This document shows, in pieces, positions 43,944 to 53,412 of a DNA stretch of 64,000 nucleotides. How positions within the stretch are numbered: the stretch's first letter is position 1; every line of letters starts with the position of its first letter. Source of the DNA: an archaeon (lineage in GTDB: Archaea; Nanobdellota; Nanobdellia; Pacearchaeales; GW2011-AR1); NCBI GenBank assembly GCA_043821585.1, contig JBDRCQ010000003.1, positions 9,861 through 73,860 on the forward strand, in the 5' to 3' direction. Position numbers and translations under genes: made by a program. The notes under the pieces were generated by a model. It was not told the DNA's origin and did no database searches. It worked only from the letters and a program-made list of their open reading frames with translations.

Positions 43944-45176
43944 TTGTTTCTAAATATCATGCTTACAGACTACTTTAGTCTAGCTTTTAGGAACGTTAGA
44001 AAAAGAGGAATCCGATCATGGTTGACAATTCTCGGAATCTTCATTGGCATAGCCGCAGTTGTATCTCTGGTCAGTTTAGGAAACGGCCTTCAAGCCGCAA
44101 TAAACGCCCAATTTGGAGTTAGTTCAACCGAACTCATAACCGTACAAGCTGGAGGTTTAAGCGCCTATGGGCCTCCAGGCAGCGGAGCGGTCGACCCATT
44201 AGTAGAAAGCGACGTCGAAGCGATTGGCAAATTAAACGGAGTAGAAAGAGTCATCAGAAGAAACGTTCGTCCAGGGAGATTAGAGTTTAACAAAAAAACA
44301 GTTTTTGGTTACGCAACAAATATTCCTGATGGAAACGATAGAGATTTCGTATACGAAATTTTAGACGCAGAGGCAGAGGTTGGCAGGTTTCTCAAGGACG
44401 GAGATACAAGGCAGGTTGTCTTGGGCTATAACTTCTACGTAGACAAAGTTGGCCTAGACAAAATAGTAAAGCCCGGCGACAGTGTGCTAATAAACGACGT
44501 AAGTTTTGAGGTGGTTGGAATAATGAAAAAGAAAGGGAGTTTTATCTTTGATAACATAGTTCTCATGAACTCTAAAACAATGGAGGATCTCTTGGGTTAT
44601 GGTGATCAAGTAGACATAATCGGAGTTAAGGTAAAAGAAAAAGACGAAATGGATCTCGTTAAAGCAGATATCGAAGAACTAATGAGAAAAAGGAGGGATG
44701 TCAAGGAAGGCGAGGAAAACTTCGAGGTCTCAACACCAGAAGCCTCTCTTGCACAAGTCAACAGCATCCTTAACGGCGTTCAAGTTTTCATCTCAATGAT
44801 TGCAGTGATTTCAATACTCGTAGGTACAATCGGAATAGTAAACACGATGAGTACCTCCGTCTATGAAAGAAGGAAGGATATAGGCATAATGAAAGCAATC
44901 GGGGCAAAAAACGAAAATATATTTATTTTATTCCTTATAGAGTCTGGCTTGCTCGGTCTCGCTGGCGGAATATTGGGCGTTGCTATAGGCATATCAGCAG
45001 GCTATTTCGGCACCATTGCAATCAGCAACTTTATCGGATCCGATCTTGTCCCACAAATTGACACGTTCTGGGTTATCGCTCCAATTATCGGAAGCTTCAT
45101 TCTTGGAGCTGTTGCAGGGATTATTCCCGCAATGCGTGCAGCCAATCAAAATCCAGTGGAGGCACTGAGGGGATGA
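43944..45176 (+). CDS. ABC transporter permease, FtsX/MacB-type (with periplasmic-core domain)
   Basis: 410 aa arranged as TM1, a large extracytoplasmic domain, then 3 TM with the FtsX-type segment ERRKDIGIMKAIGA. It ends in NPVEALRG. The start is uncertain (TTG 43944 or ATG 43959). Confidence 0.85.
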   Translation: MFLNIMLTDYFSLAFRNVRKRGIRSWLTILGIFIGIAAVVSLVSLGNGLQAAINAQFGVSSTELITVQAGGLSAYGPPGSGAVDPLVESDVEAIGKLNGVERVIRRNVRPGRLEFNKKTVFGYATNIPDGNDRDFVYEILDAEAEVGRFLKDGDTRQVVLGYNFYVDKVGLDKIVKPGDSVLINDVSFEVVGIMKKKGSFIFDNIVLMNSKTMEDLLGYGDQVDIIGVKVKEKDEMDLVKADIEELMRKRRDVKEGEENFEVSTPEASLAQVNSILNGVQVFISMIAVISILVGTIGIVNTMSTSVYERRKDIGIMKAIGAKNENIFILFLIESGLLGLAGGILGVAIGISAGYFGTIAISNFIGSDLVPQIDTFWVIAPIIGSFILGAVAGIIPAMRAANQNPVEALRG

Positions 45177-45192
45177 ATACGTGGTAATAAGT

Positions 45193-46392
45193 ATGGAACT
45201 AGTAAATTATTCCCTGAAGAATATCTGGCAGAGCCGGGGCAGAAGTTTTATGACTGTACTTTCAATTTTTGTGGGCATAACCACAATCTTCATTTTCATA
45301 AGTTTTGGCTGGGGCCTTTACGACTATACCAACTCATTCACAACAGGCTCCTCGGTCGATAAGGTTATTATCCAGGCAAAAGGAATGTCTGCCCCTGGAA
45401 TAGACGACAGCATTAAATTCACCGATGACGATTTGCAAGCTATTCAAAAGACAACTGGCGTCTATGAGGCCACAGGGGCATACATGAAACCAGTGCAGAT
45501 TTCACAAAAAGGAAAAATCATTTACGCATTCATGATGGGCTATGATCCTACAATTCCAATAATAATGGACGTCTCAGATCTTGATATTCAAGAAGGTAGA
45601 TGGCTCAGGCCAGGCGAAAAAAATGCAGTGTTGCTTGGTTACGGATACACAGTCCCCGATAGAATTTTCAGCACACCTTACACATTAGACGACCGCATCG
45701 AAATAGACGGAACAAAGCTAAGGATAACTGGAGTTGTAACAGAGGTGGGAAATCCACAGGACGACTCTAATATATACATCACAAAGGCATTCATGGAAGA
45801 CATCTACGGAAAAAATAACCTTTCATACGCAATGATCGTCGCACGAGTGGATATAAACGATATAAGCGAAACAATCACAAGAATAGAAAAAAGCCTCAGA
45901 AAAGAGCGCAATCTTGATAAGGGCCAAGAGGACTTCTATGTCCAGTCCTTCGAGGATCTCATCGCTTCATTCCAAACAGCCCTAAATGTAATCATCGCCT
46001 TTGTGGTTCTAATAGCACTCATTTCAGTCATGGTCTCTGCCGTGAATACAGCAAACACAATGGTCACTTCAGTCTTAGAAAGAGTCAAGGAAATCGGCAT
46101 CATGAAATCAGTTGGCGCAAGGAACTCTGAAATCTTCAAGATTTTCCTATTCGAATCCGCCTTCCTCGGCTTTGTCGCAGGCATCTTAGGCGTGGCTCTC
46201 GGCTGGCTCGTAAGTTACATAGCCGGAACAATACTTGACAACCTCGGCTGGGGCTTTCTCTCACCACACTTTTCATTAACTCTCTTCGCAGGCTGCGTCC
46301 TATTCGCCACACTCACGGGTGCAATTTCGGGTGCCTGGCCTGCATGGAGCGCGTCCAAGATCAAGCCTGTGGATGCATTACGTTATGAGTAA
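45193..46392 (+). CDS. ABC transporter permease, FtsX/MacB-type (second, non-identical subunit)
   Basis: About 399 aa from ATG 45193 (the track uses GTG 45181). It has the same architecture as the first permease, with ERVKEIGIMKSVGA, and ends in KPVDALRYE. Confidence 0.85.
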   Translation: MELVNYSLKNIWQSRGRSFMTVLSIFVGITTIFIFISFGWGLYDYTNSFTTGSSVDKVIIQAKGMSAPGIDDSIKFTDDDLQAIQKTTGVYEATGAYMKPVQISQKGKIIYAFMMGYDPTIPIIMDVSDLDIQEGRWLRPGEKNAVLLGYGYTVPDRIFSTPYTLDDRIEIDGTKLRITGVVTEVGNPQDDSNIYITKAFMEDIYGKNNLSYAMIVARVDINDISETITRIEKSLRKERNLDKGQEDFYVQSFEDLIASFQTALNVIIAFVVLIALISVMVSAVNTANTMVTSVLERVKEIGIMKSVGARNSEIFKIFLFESAFLGFVAGILGVALGWLVSYIAGTILDNLGWGFLSPHFSLTLFAGCVLFATLTGAISGAWPAWSASKIKPVDALRYE

Positions 46393-46450
46393 TGCACTAT
46401 TGTAGTTTCTTTGAACTCCTAGAAGGTTTCTTTTCTAAAGAAAGCTTGTA

Positions 46451-46474
46451 GGTTGATGCTTTAAGGTATGAGTA
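46451..46474 (+). repeat. Orphan copy of the last seven codons plus stop of an FtsX permease (V-D-A-L-R-Y-E-stop)
   Basis: GTTGATGCTTTAAGGTATGAGTAA compares with GTGGATGCATTACGTTATGAGTAA at 46369-46392. That is 20/24 nt identical, with an identical translation. It is preceded by an in-frame TAG. Confidence 0.6.
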
Positions 46475-46481
46475 AGAATGA

Positions 46482-46988
46482 TTAACTTTTATAAAATAAA
46501 TCCAAGCATTTAGGCATTGGCGCCACAAAATTGTCTGGATTGCTTTTCAGCAGAGACCTGAATTCATCTTCTGAAAACCACTTGACCCCATCCACCTCTT
46601 CCTCTTGAATGATAAATTCTTCAGCAGGTTTATCAACTACACAAGTGAACCACTGAAGAAAATACCTATATCTCTCATCAACCTTTTCCTTAATTCCCTT
46701 TTTAAATTTAATACCTTTTATTCCCAACTCCTCCTCGGCCTCTTTTATTATGTTGTCTTCGTAGGTTTCACCCTCATCTAATGTCCCCGCCACCGCCGGG
46801 CTCCACTTACCAGGATCATGTCTTTTTGTCAATGCTCGTTTAGCAAGTAAACACTCCCCTTTAGAATTGAATATCCACAGCGCAGAAACCCTATATCTTA
46901 AATTTTCTTCATCCGCCTCATATCTAGATTTAAGACCAATCTCTTGGTCATTATCATCAACAACTATAATCCTTGGTTTATTCATCAT
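46482..46988 (-). CDS. NUDIX hydrolase (IDI type-1-like architecture)
   Basis: 168 aa with the Nudix box GTLDEGETYEDNIIKEAEEELGI. The N-terminal part (VDDNDQEIG ... RVSALWIFN) resembles isopentenyl-diphosphate isomerase-like NUDIX proteins. Confidence 0.7.
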   Translation of the reverse strand: MMNKPRIIVVDDNDQEIGLKSRYEADEENLRYRVSALWIFNSKGECLLAKRALTKRHDPGKWSPAVAGTLDEGETYEDNIIKEAEEELGIKGIKFKKGIKEKVDERYRYFLQWFTCVVDKPAEEFIIQEEEVDGVKWFSEDEFRSLLKSNPDNFVAPMPKCLDLFYKS

Positions 46989-47029
46989 TAATCATCCGGT
47001 CAAGAATATTTAAGAATTACTAAAAATGC

Positions 47030-47929
47030 CTACTTCCTCTTCCGTTCTTCCTTCTTTTTCTTCCGCCTCTTAAACCACCCTCTAATCCAAAAGATAATAA
47101 CCAATAAAAACAATGCATAAAACAAGTAATAATACGTCGACTTAGGCTGAACTTCATCACCCTTCCTACCTGTGAAATAGGAGGAGTCATAATAAACCTT
47201 CTTTATCATTTCCCTTCTTTCATTTATTGAGTCTGTATACGCAATAGTTAACTCAATCTCCCCATCATGTGGCGTTGCCTCAAATTTAAAAGTTGTATCA
47301 TCACTGGCATCTAAATCTCCAATTATATTTCTGCTAGCACCCTTAACCACGATAGTATCTTGCTTTGGAACATCAACTGTTAGGGCAACAACATCATCTT
47401 CTCTAGTGTTCAAAATTTCAAACGTCAAGGAATTAGTAGCAGAATCAAAGTCTTTCACAGAAACCTCAAAGTCCACCTTCACGCCATTAACATTGATTTC
47501 AAACTCTTGTACCTCCGAAATTACATTCCCAGAGGAAGCATCGACATACTCTAACACTGCTTCAATTTCGTTTTCCCCATCAATCGCATCCTTATTAACT
47601 CTTAACTCATAAGGGGCCATCGCAGCAGAACTAAATTTCCTTACATACGCATCTCCGATAAAATCGTACGTCCTTACTTCGCCCGGGTCCAATGAAAAAG
47701 GAAAACTGTCTTTAAGTTCGAAAGAAACCTTCTCACATTCAGGGTTATTCAATCCATCAATTTGAAAGACTACTTTAACATATTCGCCAGGATTAGCGGG
47801 ATAAGGATCCTGATTAATCAACTCAACACTCGGCCTGCAATTCTTCAGCGGCGCAGAATCAGCACTAGCAAAACCAATGCTAAGCAAAAGCACCCCTGCC
47901 AAAAACAAGCTCAACACTTCTTTTTTCAT
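47030..47929 (-). CDS. Cell-surface protein (signal peptide, beta-rich ectodomain, C-terminal TM + Lys/Arg tail)
   Basis: 299 aa. An N-terminal hydrophobic signal is followed by PANPGEYVKVVFQI, which resembles COG1361-type archaeal surface domains. A C-terminal TM helix is followed by RRKKKKEERKRK. Confidence 0.5.
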   Translation of the reverse strand: MKKEVLSLFLAGVLLLSIGFASADSAPLKNCRPSVELINQDPYPANPGEYVKVVFQIDGLNNPECEKVSFELKDSFPFSLDPGEVRTYDFIGDAYVRKFSSAAMAPYELRVNKDAIDGENEIEAVLEYVDASSGNVISEVQEFEINVNGVKVDFEVSVKDFDSATNSLTFEILNTREDDVVALTVDVPKQDTIVVKGASRNIIGDLDASDDTTFKFEATPHDGEIELTIAYTDSINERREMIKKVYYDSSYFTGRKGDEVQPKSTYYYLFYALFLLVIIFWIRGWFKRRKKKKEERKRK

Positions 47930-47993
47930 CTATTTAATAGAAAAAACGTTTTTTTAAATGTTATTGTAATCGCAGCGGTTCAATGGAAAGGAG

Positions 47994-49829
47994 TCATCTC
48001 TTCATTAACTTTTTAGCAGCCCTAACAATCGCACCAGAATCAATTCCATATTTCCTCAAAAGTTCCTTGCTCTTCCCGGAATGTGGAATTTCTCTAACAG
48101 CCAAGTGCGTAATCTCAATCCCAGTATTCTCTAACTCTTCCGCAAGCATTTCTCCGATCCCCCCCTCCCCATAGTGGTCCTCACACACAACAACTTTCCC
48201 CCCATGTTTTTTCACAAAACCAATAAATTTCTTAGAATCAAACGGTTTAACACAATACAAATCAACAACTGCCGAATCAACTTTCTTCTTGCTCAATTTT
48301 TCATTCGCGATTAGACATTCGTGCAGCGTTATTCCCGCACCAACTAAAACAACTTTGTCTTTCTTAGACTTTTTCAAAACCCCAAACTCCCCAATTTTAA
48401 ACTCGTCTTTTGGAGAATAAACAATGGGGGTTTTACCTCGCGTAGTTCGGATGTACTTTAGGCCTTTCGTCTTTGCTGCAAGATAAACCAGCTTCTCAGT
48501 CGAAACTCCATCGCTTGGATACAAAACGATTGAATCAGGCAATGCCCTCATCATAGCAATATCTTCCAAGCCCATTTGCGATGCCCCGTCCTCTCCAATT
48601 GAAACTCCTGCATGACTTCCACAAAGTGTGAAATTTCCATTCGACAAAGCACTCATTCTGATTTGGTCATGCGCTCTGCTCAAAAACGCAGCGAAAGTCG
48701 AACCAAAAACATTATACCCCTTTTTACTCATTCCCAAACAAACACCAACCATATCCTGCTCCGCAATAAACGCCTCGACAAACTGCCCAGGCCTAACTTT
48801 CTTTACTTCATCGGAATGAGTAGAATTAGAAACTTCAGCGTCCACCACAATCACTTCGGAGTTAGCAATCACAAGATTTCTCAATGCCTTTCCGTAAGCC
48901 ATTCGTGTTGCAACCCCCACCCCCAGCTCATACGGGCTAACCTCCAGCTTTTTCTTTTTGGACTTAACAAGGTCTACCTTCTCTGGCTTCTCAATTTTAA
49001 TCTTTGGCATTTTCACGTTCGGGATCTCTTTCAATGCCTTCGCCAGTTCTTCAGGACTCATTGCTCTACCATGCCACCCTTCTTTATTTTCCATAAAAGA
49101 AACGCCCTTCCCCTTGAGGGTTTTAGCAATAATTGCAGTTGGTAATCCAGACTCTCGCGCCTCTTCAAACGCCTTGATCAACTCTCCGACATTATGGCCA
49201 TCAACAGTTATTGCATGCCACTTAAACGATCTTATCCCCTCAGCAAATCTCTTCAGGTCGTGTCCCACCATTGTTTCGCCTCTCTGCCCAAGTCGATTCG
49301 CATCAATCACCACACAAAGATTTTCCAAATTGTAGTAAGGTGCTAACTGCAGTGCTTCGTAAATTGAACCCTCAGCCATTTCGCTATCCCCCATCATCAC
49401 ATACGTCCTAAACTTCCTACCTTTCAATCTCCCTGCCAAGGCCATCCCTACACCAACTGAAGCTCCCTGCCCAAGCGAACCAGTCGCAACCTTAACCCAT
49501 TTCAACGATCGAGGCATGGGATGCCCTTCTAAATCGCTAGACAATTTTCTCAAACTTTTCAAGTCTTTTTTCATGCAACCTGCCCGATTCAATGCAGAAT
49601 ACAAAATCGGCGCGGCGTGCCCCTTGCTCAAAATGAACTCGTCATTGTCCGGATTGTCCGGATTCTTAACATCACACTTCATTTCATGAAAGAACAACGT
49701 CGCAACAATCTCCGCACACGAAAAGCACGAGCTCGGATGTCCAGAGCCAGCAGCTGTCGTCATTTCAGCCACATCTCTCCTCAAAACATTCGCTACATCC
49801 CGAATAGACTTCTCACTAACCATGCTCAC
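47994..49829 (-). CDS. tkt: Transketolase (single-chain, N- and C-terminal halves fused)
   Basis: 611 aa with GSGHPSSCFSCAEIVATLFF, the GDSEMAEGSIYEA ThDP-binding motif, and a C-terminal pyrimidine-binding and transketolase-C region. Confidence 0.9.
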   Translation of the reverse strand: MSMVSEKSIRDVANVLRRDVAEMTTAAGSGHPSSCFSCAEIVATLFFHEMKCDVKNPDNPDNDEFILSKGHAAPILYSALNRAGCMKKDLKSLRKLSSDLEGHPMPRSLKWVKVATGSLGQGASVGVGMALAGRLKGRKFRTYVMMGDSEMAEGSIYEALQLAPYYNLENLCVVIDANRLGQRGETMVGHDLKRFAEGIRSFKWHAITVDGHNVGELIKAFEEARESGLPTAIIAKTLKGKGVSFMENKEGWHGRAMSPEELAKALKEIPNVKMPKIKIEKPEKVDLVKSKKKKLEVSPYELGVGVATRMAYGKALRNLVIANSEVIVVDAEVSNSTHSDEVKKVRPGQFVEAFIAEQDMVGVCLGMSKKGYNVFGSTFAAFLSRAHDQIRMSALSNGNFTLCGSHAGVSIGEDGASQMGLEDIAMMRALPDSIVLYPSDGVSTEKLVYLAAKTKGLKYIRTTRGKTPIVYSPKDEFKIGEFGVLKKSKKDKVVLVGAGITLHECLIANEKLSKKKVDSAVVDLYCVKPFDSKKFIGFVKKHGGKVVVCEDHYGEGGIGEMLAEELENTGIEITHLAVREIPHSGKSKELLRKYGIDSGAIVRAAKKLMKR

Positions 49830-49875
49830 CTCTTTTACAAAAAAACAACGTTTCTCAAAGATTTAAGGATTTTGG

Positions 49876-51177
49876 TCATCCTTTGCCTTTCCACAAAAGG
49901 CCCAACGCACTCCCGCCCAAAATAATCACTGCAACTATCGGTTCCAAACCCAAAAAGGTAAATCCTAAAACCATGACCACAGACCCTAAAATAGCAGAGC
50001 CCACAAAACGATTAGGATTCTTGCCTCCAAGAAACAGATAAACCATCGGAAATGAAAGCAACAAGGAAAGCCCGCCAGTAAGAAGAGAAACATCAACGAT
50101 GTCCGAAAAGACTAGGGCTGCAATCGCAACAAGCACAACCAAAACAACCGTGCTCTTCCTTATATTTGCCACAAGCGCCTTTTTCTTAGGAATTGCGTAA
50201 TGGGATGAAATAGCATAAACGCTTGTATCTGCGGAACTCATAATTCCAGCAAAAAACATTACAACACTCAATGGCAAAAGTGAAGCGGGAAGAAAGTTCT
50301 TCAACGCTTCAGTAAAAACAAGTCCGGCGTCTAATCCGCCAACATGCTTTGCCATAAACAACCCAATTAGCAACAAAAGAGCACTCGCAAACACGACAGG
50401 CAAAATGGCCAAGCCCAGCCCATGTTTTAGTTTCTTTTTATTTCTCGCAGCATAACAAAGCTGATACATGTTAGAATAAGAAAAAATAGCTAAAAATCCA
50501 AACAAAAAGAACCCTACAATAACTTGAAAACTAACTTCTCCAGTTCTAACAGAAAACAATTCGCCGAGATTGCCTGTGCCAACAATACCAAAAGTCACCA
50601 CGGCAAGAAGGACCACAATAACAAAAGCCTGAACTATATCTGTAAGTATGACCGCCTTAAAACCTGCAAGAAGAATATATGAAAGTACGACCAGACAAGT
50701 TAAAATAACCGCAAACTCATACGACAAAAATCCGAAATCATTAATTATCTTTGCGCCCCCAATTACTCCAATCAAAAGCCAGCCGAATAGTATAACACTA
50801 GAAAACACGTTTGAAACTTTCCCTGCAAACCTGCTTCGAGTTTTATGATAAACAAAATCTCCGATCGTATAAAATTTCTTTTCCTTGGAGTTTTCATGGA
50901 TCTTTGGTGCAGCCCAATAAGCAAAAACAAGATATCCTGCGATTATTCCAAGAAGCATCGCAAAAATGCCAAGCCCATATTCATAAGCAAAACCCGTATA
51001 AGTAATAAAATAGCTAGCACCAATAGCACTTGCAAATTTAGAAGAAAATATTTGAAATCCTCCACGATTCCTCCCACTTATCAGAAAATCTTCATCAGTC
51101 TGCTTCCTTGAAACCACAAACGAAACAATTATCAAAACAGCAATATACACAACAAGATAGGTATACACCAGCGACAT
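49876..51177 (-). CDS. Sodium:solute symporter family transporter
   Basis: 433 aa and about 12-13 TM. The N-terminus (FLISGRNRGGFQIFSSKFASAIGASYF) is typical of SSF proteins. Confidence 0.7.
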   Translation of the reverse strand: MSLVYTYLVVYIAVLIIVSFVVSRKQTDEDFLISGRNRGGFQIFSSKFASAIGASYFITYTGFAYEYGLGIFAMLLGIIAGYLVFAYWAAPKIHENSKEKKFYTIGDFVYHKTRSRFAGKVSNVFSSVILFGWLLIGVIGGAKIINDFGFLSYEFAVILTCLVVLSYILLAGFKAVILTDIVQAFVIVVLLAVVTFGIVGTGNLGELFSVRTGEVSFQVIVGFFLFGFLAIFSYSNMYQLCYAARNKKKLKHGLGLAILPVVFASALLLLIGLFMAKHVGGLDAGLVFTEALKNFLPASLLPLSVVMFFAGIMSSADTSVYAISSHYAIPKKKALVANIRKSTVVLVVLVAIAALVFSDIVDVSLLTGGLSLLLSFPMVYLFLGGKNPNRFVGSAILGSVVMVLGFTFLGLEPIVAVIILGGSALGLLWKGKG

Positions 51178-51254
51178 TCCATTCCAACTTCACAGTGATT
51201 TATATTCTTTAGCATTCGGGATAATTTCTTAAACTCCACACTCTTCATTTCAAG

Positions 51255-52967
51255 ATGGCCCTAAAACTATCAATCTCCGCAATGGTCATAATATTCCTTT
51301 CAGTGTTTGCTCTAGTCCTCGGAGTTATTTATCTAACAAATCTTTACATTTTCAGTCAAGACATAACCTCCACAGAACTTCCAATACCAAATATTGATCC
51401 AGACACAAGACCTGCAACAACCCGCATTGATTTAGTTGTCACGCCTTCATCATCTCTTAAGGGAACAGTTTTCGCCCTAATCGCAGACACCTGGCCGCCA
51501 ACTCCCAATCAAGCACTAAACTTAATAATCGAAAAGGAAGGCGAAGAAACTTCCGTAGTTCTATTCGATGACGGTCAGCACTATGACGGCCAGTCAAATG
51601 ACGGAACCTACGGCGCGCTCTTAGATTCACAAGATCTCTCTCTAGGCGTTTACCAAGTCAAAGATGAAGAATACAACGAACTCGCAGAATTCACACTTCA
51701 CGATTCAAAGTGCCAACCCTTAATTGGCAGCCCAACAAACGACAAAATAAATTTCCTAATTTTACCTTATGGATACTCTGATTTAGAGGCTTTCAAACAA
51801 GACGCACAAGATGTCATTCTAGGAAAAAACTCAATCTATGGAATAGAACCCTTCAAGTCAAATTTCGACAGATTTTCCTTCTCCTTTGTTGAACCAACAG
51901 AAGATTTGGAATGCGAAGTCGGTTGCAAAGGGATTGAAACAATGGTCTGTTGCAACGATGCAAGAGTCGTAGACACCGCTTCACAATGCCACTACGACGG
52001 AATCATCGTTCTTATCAACAGCGATGAGGGCTGTGGCACCGCATCCTTTTACACAAAACTCTGCGGCAAATCCTCAAAAGCTGGATTAATATTGGCCCAC
52101 GAACTCGGCCATTCGTTTGGAGGATTGGCCGACGAATATGTCTATCAAGATTACTTCGACAGCTACAACATCCCAGACTCTCTGATCTTAAGCATGCCCA
52201 ACTGCGACACCGAAGGCTGTGAAAAATGGGCGGGCATAACAGATCAGTGCTTCGAAGGTTGCACCTCGCCAAACCTCTATCGCCCATCCCCCAATTCAAT
52301 CATGAGGTACCTTTCTTTCGGTAAATTCAACGAAGTAAGCCAAACCAGCTTACAAGAAGAAGTAAATCGCCACGTCATCCAAGAAGCTCAATTAGACTAT
52401 AAGGATCCAAATCTGAAAAGCTATTACGTTAACCTCCATTATGAAGATGGAAACATTCAACTTGGTCCAGTCACTGCCCTCCCAGTCAAACCCGGGATCA
52501 TATCAACAACAGGTTATTTCACAGCAAACCTTCGCGGAAAAAATGGAGCACTCTTACACACCACAAAAATACCTCTTCCAATATTCGAGCTTCCTGCATT
52601 AGAAATCTCAGACAAGCCAATAGTCTTACAGAAAATAACTCTTCCAGTCATTCTTCCGTTCACGCCAAACGCACAATCCATAGAAATCGTTGCTGACGCA
52701 AGGATTGTAGCAACGGCTTCTCTTTCGCCATTCCAAGAAAACTGCGGAAACGGAATCTGCGACCCAGAAGAAAACAGAGTAACCTGCAACGAGGACTGCA
52801 CACTTCAAAACGACAACCTATGCGAATTCTCCCACTGCGATCCTGATTGTCCAGATCAAGAAGCCTGTAACCAAACAACCAAAGAAAAATACATTTGGAC
52901 CATAACCTTAATTGTAATCGCACTAATTGCAATATTAGTTGTCTTATTCAGATCGAAAAAGAATTAA
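51255..52967 (+). CDS. Membrane-anchored extracellular metallopeptidase, M64 (IgA-peptidase)-like
   Basis: 570 aa with an N-terminal TM/signal and HELGHSFGGLADEY (the M64-type HExxH extended motif). A Cys-rich module (CGNGICDPEENRVTCNEDC) and a C-terminal TM anchor follow. Confidence 0.6.
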   Translation: MALKLSISAMVIIFLSVFALVLGVIYLTNLYIFSQDITSTELPIPNIDPDTRPATTRIDLVVTPSSSLKGTVFALIADTWPPTPNQALNLIIEKEGEETSVVLFDDGQHYDGQSNDGTYGALLDSQDLSLGVYQVKDEEYNELAEFTLHDSKCQPLIGSPTNDKINFLILPYGYSDLEAFKQDAQDVILGKNSIYGIEPFKSNFDRFSFSFVEPTEDLECEVGCKGIETMVCCNDARVVDTASQCHYDGIIVLINSDEGCGTASFYTKLCGKSSKAGLILAHELGHSFGGLADEYVYQDYFDSYNIPDSLILSMPNCDTEGCEKWAGITDQCFEGCTSPNLYRPSPNSIMRYLSFGKFNEVSQTSLQEEVNRHVIQEAQLDYKDPNLKSYYVNLHYEDGNIQLGPVTALPVKPGIISTTGYFTANLRGKNGALLHTTKIPLPIFELPALEISDKPIVLQKITLPVILPFTPNAQSIEIVADARIVATASLSPFQENCGNGICDPEENRVTCNEDCTLQNDNLCEFSHCDPDCPDQEACNQTTKEKYIWTITLIVIALIAILVVLFRSKKN

Positions 52968-53371
52968 TCCTGCCTAATCTTCTCAACTTCAGAAAGCATC
53001 TTTCTAAATTCTTCAGCATGTTCCTGTAACTGCGAAGTCAATTGCATCTTAGCTTCCTGGAATTTTTTAACCTGCCCATCAACAATCTTCTTCGCCTCAT
53101 CAGGCGTTTTTCTAACAACAATTCCCGCCCCCACCTCAACAAAAAGTTTCTCATCATCACTTCTTGTAACCTTCATCCTAACGCCTCTGCCAATATCCGC
53201 AAGCATCTCTTTCTCCTTGCTCTCCTTCAAAACATCCAAATTCTCACTAAACTGCTGCAACTCCGCAATCTGTTCGCTAACAAATTGCAACTGCTTTTCA
53301 ACATCCTCCGACTGCTGCCTAAGGCTCATCGCCCTTTGCAAAATCGCTTGACTTTCCTGCACATTTGTCAT
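52964..53371 (-). CDS. pfdA: Prefoldin alpha subunit
   Basis: 135 aa. Coiled-coil N- and C-terminal arms flank a central two-hairpin region (MLADIGRGVRMKVTRSDDEKLFVEVGAGIVV) characteristic of alpha-class prefoldin. Confidence 0.65.
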   Translation of the reverse strand: MTNVQESQAILQRAMSLRQQSEDVEKQLQFVSEQIAELQQFSENLDVLKESKEKEMLADIGRGVRMKVTRSDDEKLFVEVGAGIVVRKTPDEAKKIVDGQVKKFQEAKMQLTSQLQEHAEEFRKMLSEVEKIRQD

Positions 53372-53412
53372 AAATCAATCAGAAAATTAAGGGTTTTAAG
53401 TGTTTGCACGAA

